Positions 42,631 to 43,676 of a stretch of DNA of 43,676 bases are shown piece by piece (position 1 is the stretch's first letter; the number at the start of each line of letters is the position of its first letter). The position numbers and the translations under genes are program-made. The notes under the pieces were generated by a model. The model was not told the DNA's origin and did no database searches. It saw nothing but the letters and a program-made list of their open reading frames with translations. The stretch is taken from the NCBI GenBank assembly GCA_043811105.1, contig JBDRNK010000087.1, positions 1 through 43,676 of the forward strand, written 5' to 3'. This DNA comes from Candidatus Uhrbacteria bacterium. GTDB lineage: Bacteria > Patescibacteriota > Patescibacteriia > UBA9934 > CAZDDW01.

Positions 42631-43676
42631 ATGTGGTTATCAGGAAAACGAAAACTAACCCTTCACGCACGTGACCTGGATGAAGTCTTGGGGAATTTTG
42701 AGCAAGACCGTTTTTTAATTGAATGGACCGATCAGGTGATCAAAGAGACAACTAAAAATTTCCCGATTCTAACTGATATATTTGCCAGTCCGCAATCAGC
42801 CAACAAACACGCCGAAGGTCCGTTGTTGGAAGATCATGTTCGTAAGATATTAATGACTCTTTACGCTTTGGTTGAGGGTCGGTTTAGTTTGTTGGAGGTT
42901 GAGGAGTTTCGACGAATGAAAGGGTATGAGGGTGAATTTGAAGAATTAGAGGAAACAATAAAAGAACGGGCTGGTATGTTTAAGGTCTATGCTCTGATTC
43001 ATGATATTGGAAAAGCGGCAACAATTTCATTTTCCGCTCCTGAAGGAAGTAAAGGTGCGGAATATGGTTTTGCCCAGTCAGTGGCGATTGGTTGGGACGA
43101 CTTTGCCGGTGATCAACGTTTTTCAGCTAGAAAAAAATATGATGACCTTTATGCTACTTTTGCCGTAAATCGATCCGGACAAGATCAAAAAGTAATTCAG
43201 GCGGAGTTTTTCCGTGAGTTCCAGATATCGATTTCCAATCATGGTCATGCTAGGTTGATTTTTGCCCCTGAGTTAAATAAGGTTGTGCGTGCATTAGCTA
43301 AAGAAAACAGACTACCTGAAAATGATATTGATTTGCTCGAAGAATTAATTGCTGTTCATATGGATACAGCTCATTATTTTTGGGGCAAAGCTGATCCTCA
43401 AGACTATGCACATTTTGTTGAATATTCAGCCGGTATCGGTCAGGACGCTGATGATTTTTTGGACTTGCTTCAGGCTGCTGCATTTTTAGATAAGGTTTGT
43501 GGTTCATGGAAATTGTCAGCCGGTGGCTATTGGCACAGTTGTGAAATATTAACTAATTTTTTGCAGGCTGAACATGATTACGCACCTTGGCGACGAGAGG
43601 CTGCTGAAGAGCGTCGGGCTAAGCGAGAGTTGGAAAAGCGACGAGAGATATATCGTCAGGTTGGTTTGGATGGTGA
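42631..43676 (+). CDS. HD-domain protein (3'-partial, runs off the window)
   Basis: Open frame from ATG 42631 to the window end, so not in the track (no stop). HAEGPLLEDHVRKIL ... YALIHDIGKA (H...HD). Confidence 0.65.
   Translation, partial: MWLSGKRKLTLHARDLDEVLGNFEQDRFLIEWTDQVIKETTKNFPILTDIFASPQSANKHAEGPLLEDHVRKILMTLYALVEGRFSLLEVEEFRRMKGYEGEFEELEETIKERAGMFKVYALIHDIGKAATISFSAPEGSKGAEYGFAQSVAIGWDDFAGDQRFSARKKYDDLYATFAVNRSGQDQKVIQAEFFREFQISISNHGHARLIFAPELNKVVRALAKENRLPENDIDLLEELIAVHMDTAHYFWGKADPQDYAHFVEYSAGIGQDADDFLDLLQAAAFLDKVCGSWKLSAGGYWHSCEILTNFLQAEHDYAPWRREAAEERRAKRELEKRREIYRQVGLDG

Overview
The window looks like an AT-leaning, small-genome bacterium of the CPR/Patescibacteria type; this placement is an inference. 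Two hand-counted 60-nt lines gave 42% GC at 20041-20100 and 62% GC at 32281-32340.

Host backbone:
- A 23S-5S rRNA operon with no 16S upstream. The 23S carries two related group-I-like insertions, one encoding a LAGLIDADG homing endonuclease.
- tRNA-Ala.
- A minus-strand pentose-phosphate and sugar block: rpiB, rpe, split transketolase, two PfkB kinases, a LacD/DUF2090-like aldolase and a 2-hydroxyacid dehydrogenase.
- ileS and glmS.
- An EndoQ-like PHP protein.
- A decayed diversity-generating retroelement, with Avd and reverse transcriptase both disrupted.
- Several families of GTAG-headed palindromic REP-like repeats. These sit on stop codons, inside RNA genes, and once in frame inside glmS.

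Most unusual region: an island of about 8.7 kb and about 60% GC (about 31880-40608), lying between the tRNA-like 3' end of an unclassified ~480-nt RNA and glmS.
- It holds about 16 mostly small, often membrane-type ORFs with no recognisable integrase.
- The ORFs are separated by a private, combinatorial set of conserved hairpins. One is a 44-nt unit with clear filled-versus-empty sites.
- Longer elements are bracketed by an 11-nt inverted core, CCCTACCAGAG/CTCTGGTGGG.
- I cannot assign this cassette-like architecture to a known family.

Smaller GC-rich patches sit next to the 5S rRNA and tRNA-Ala.
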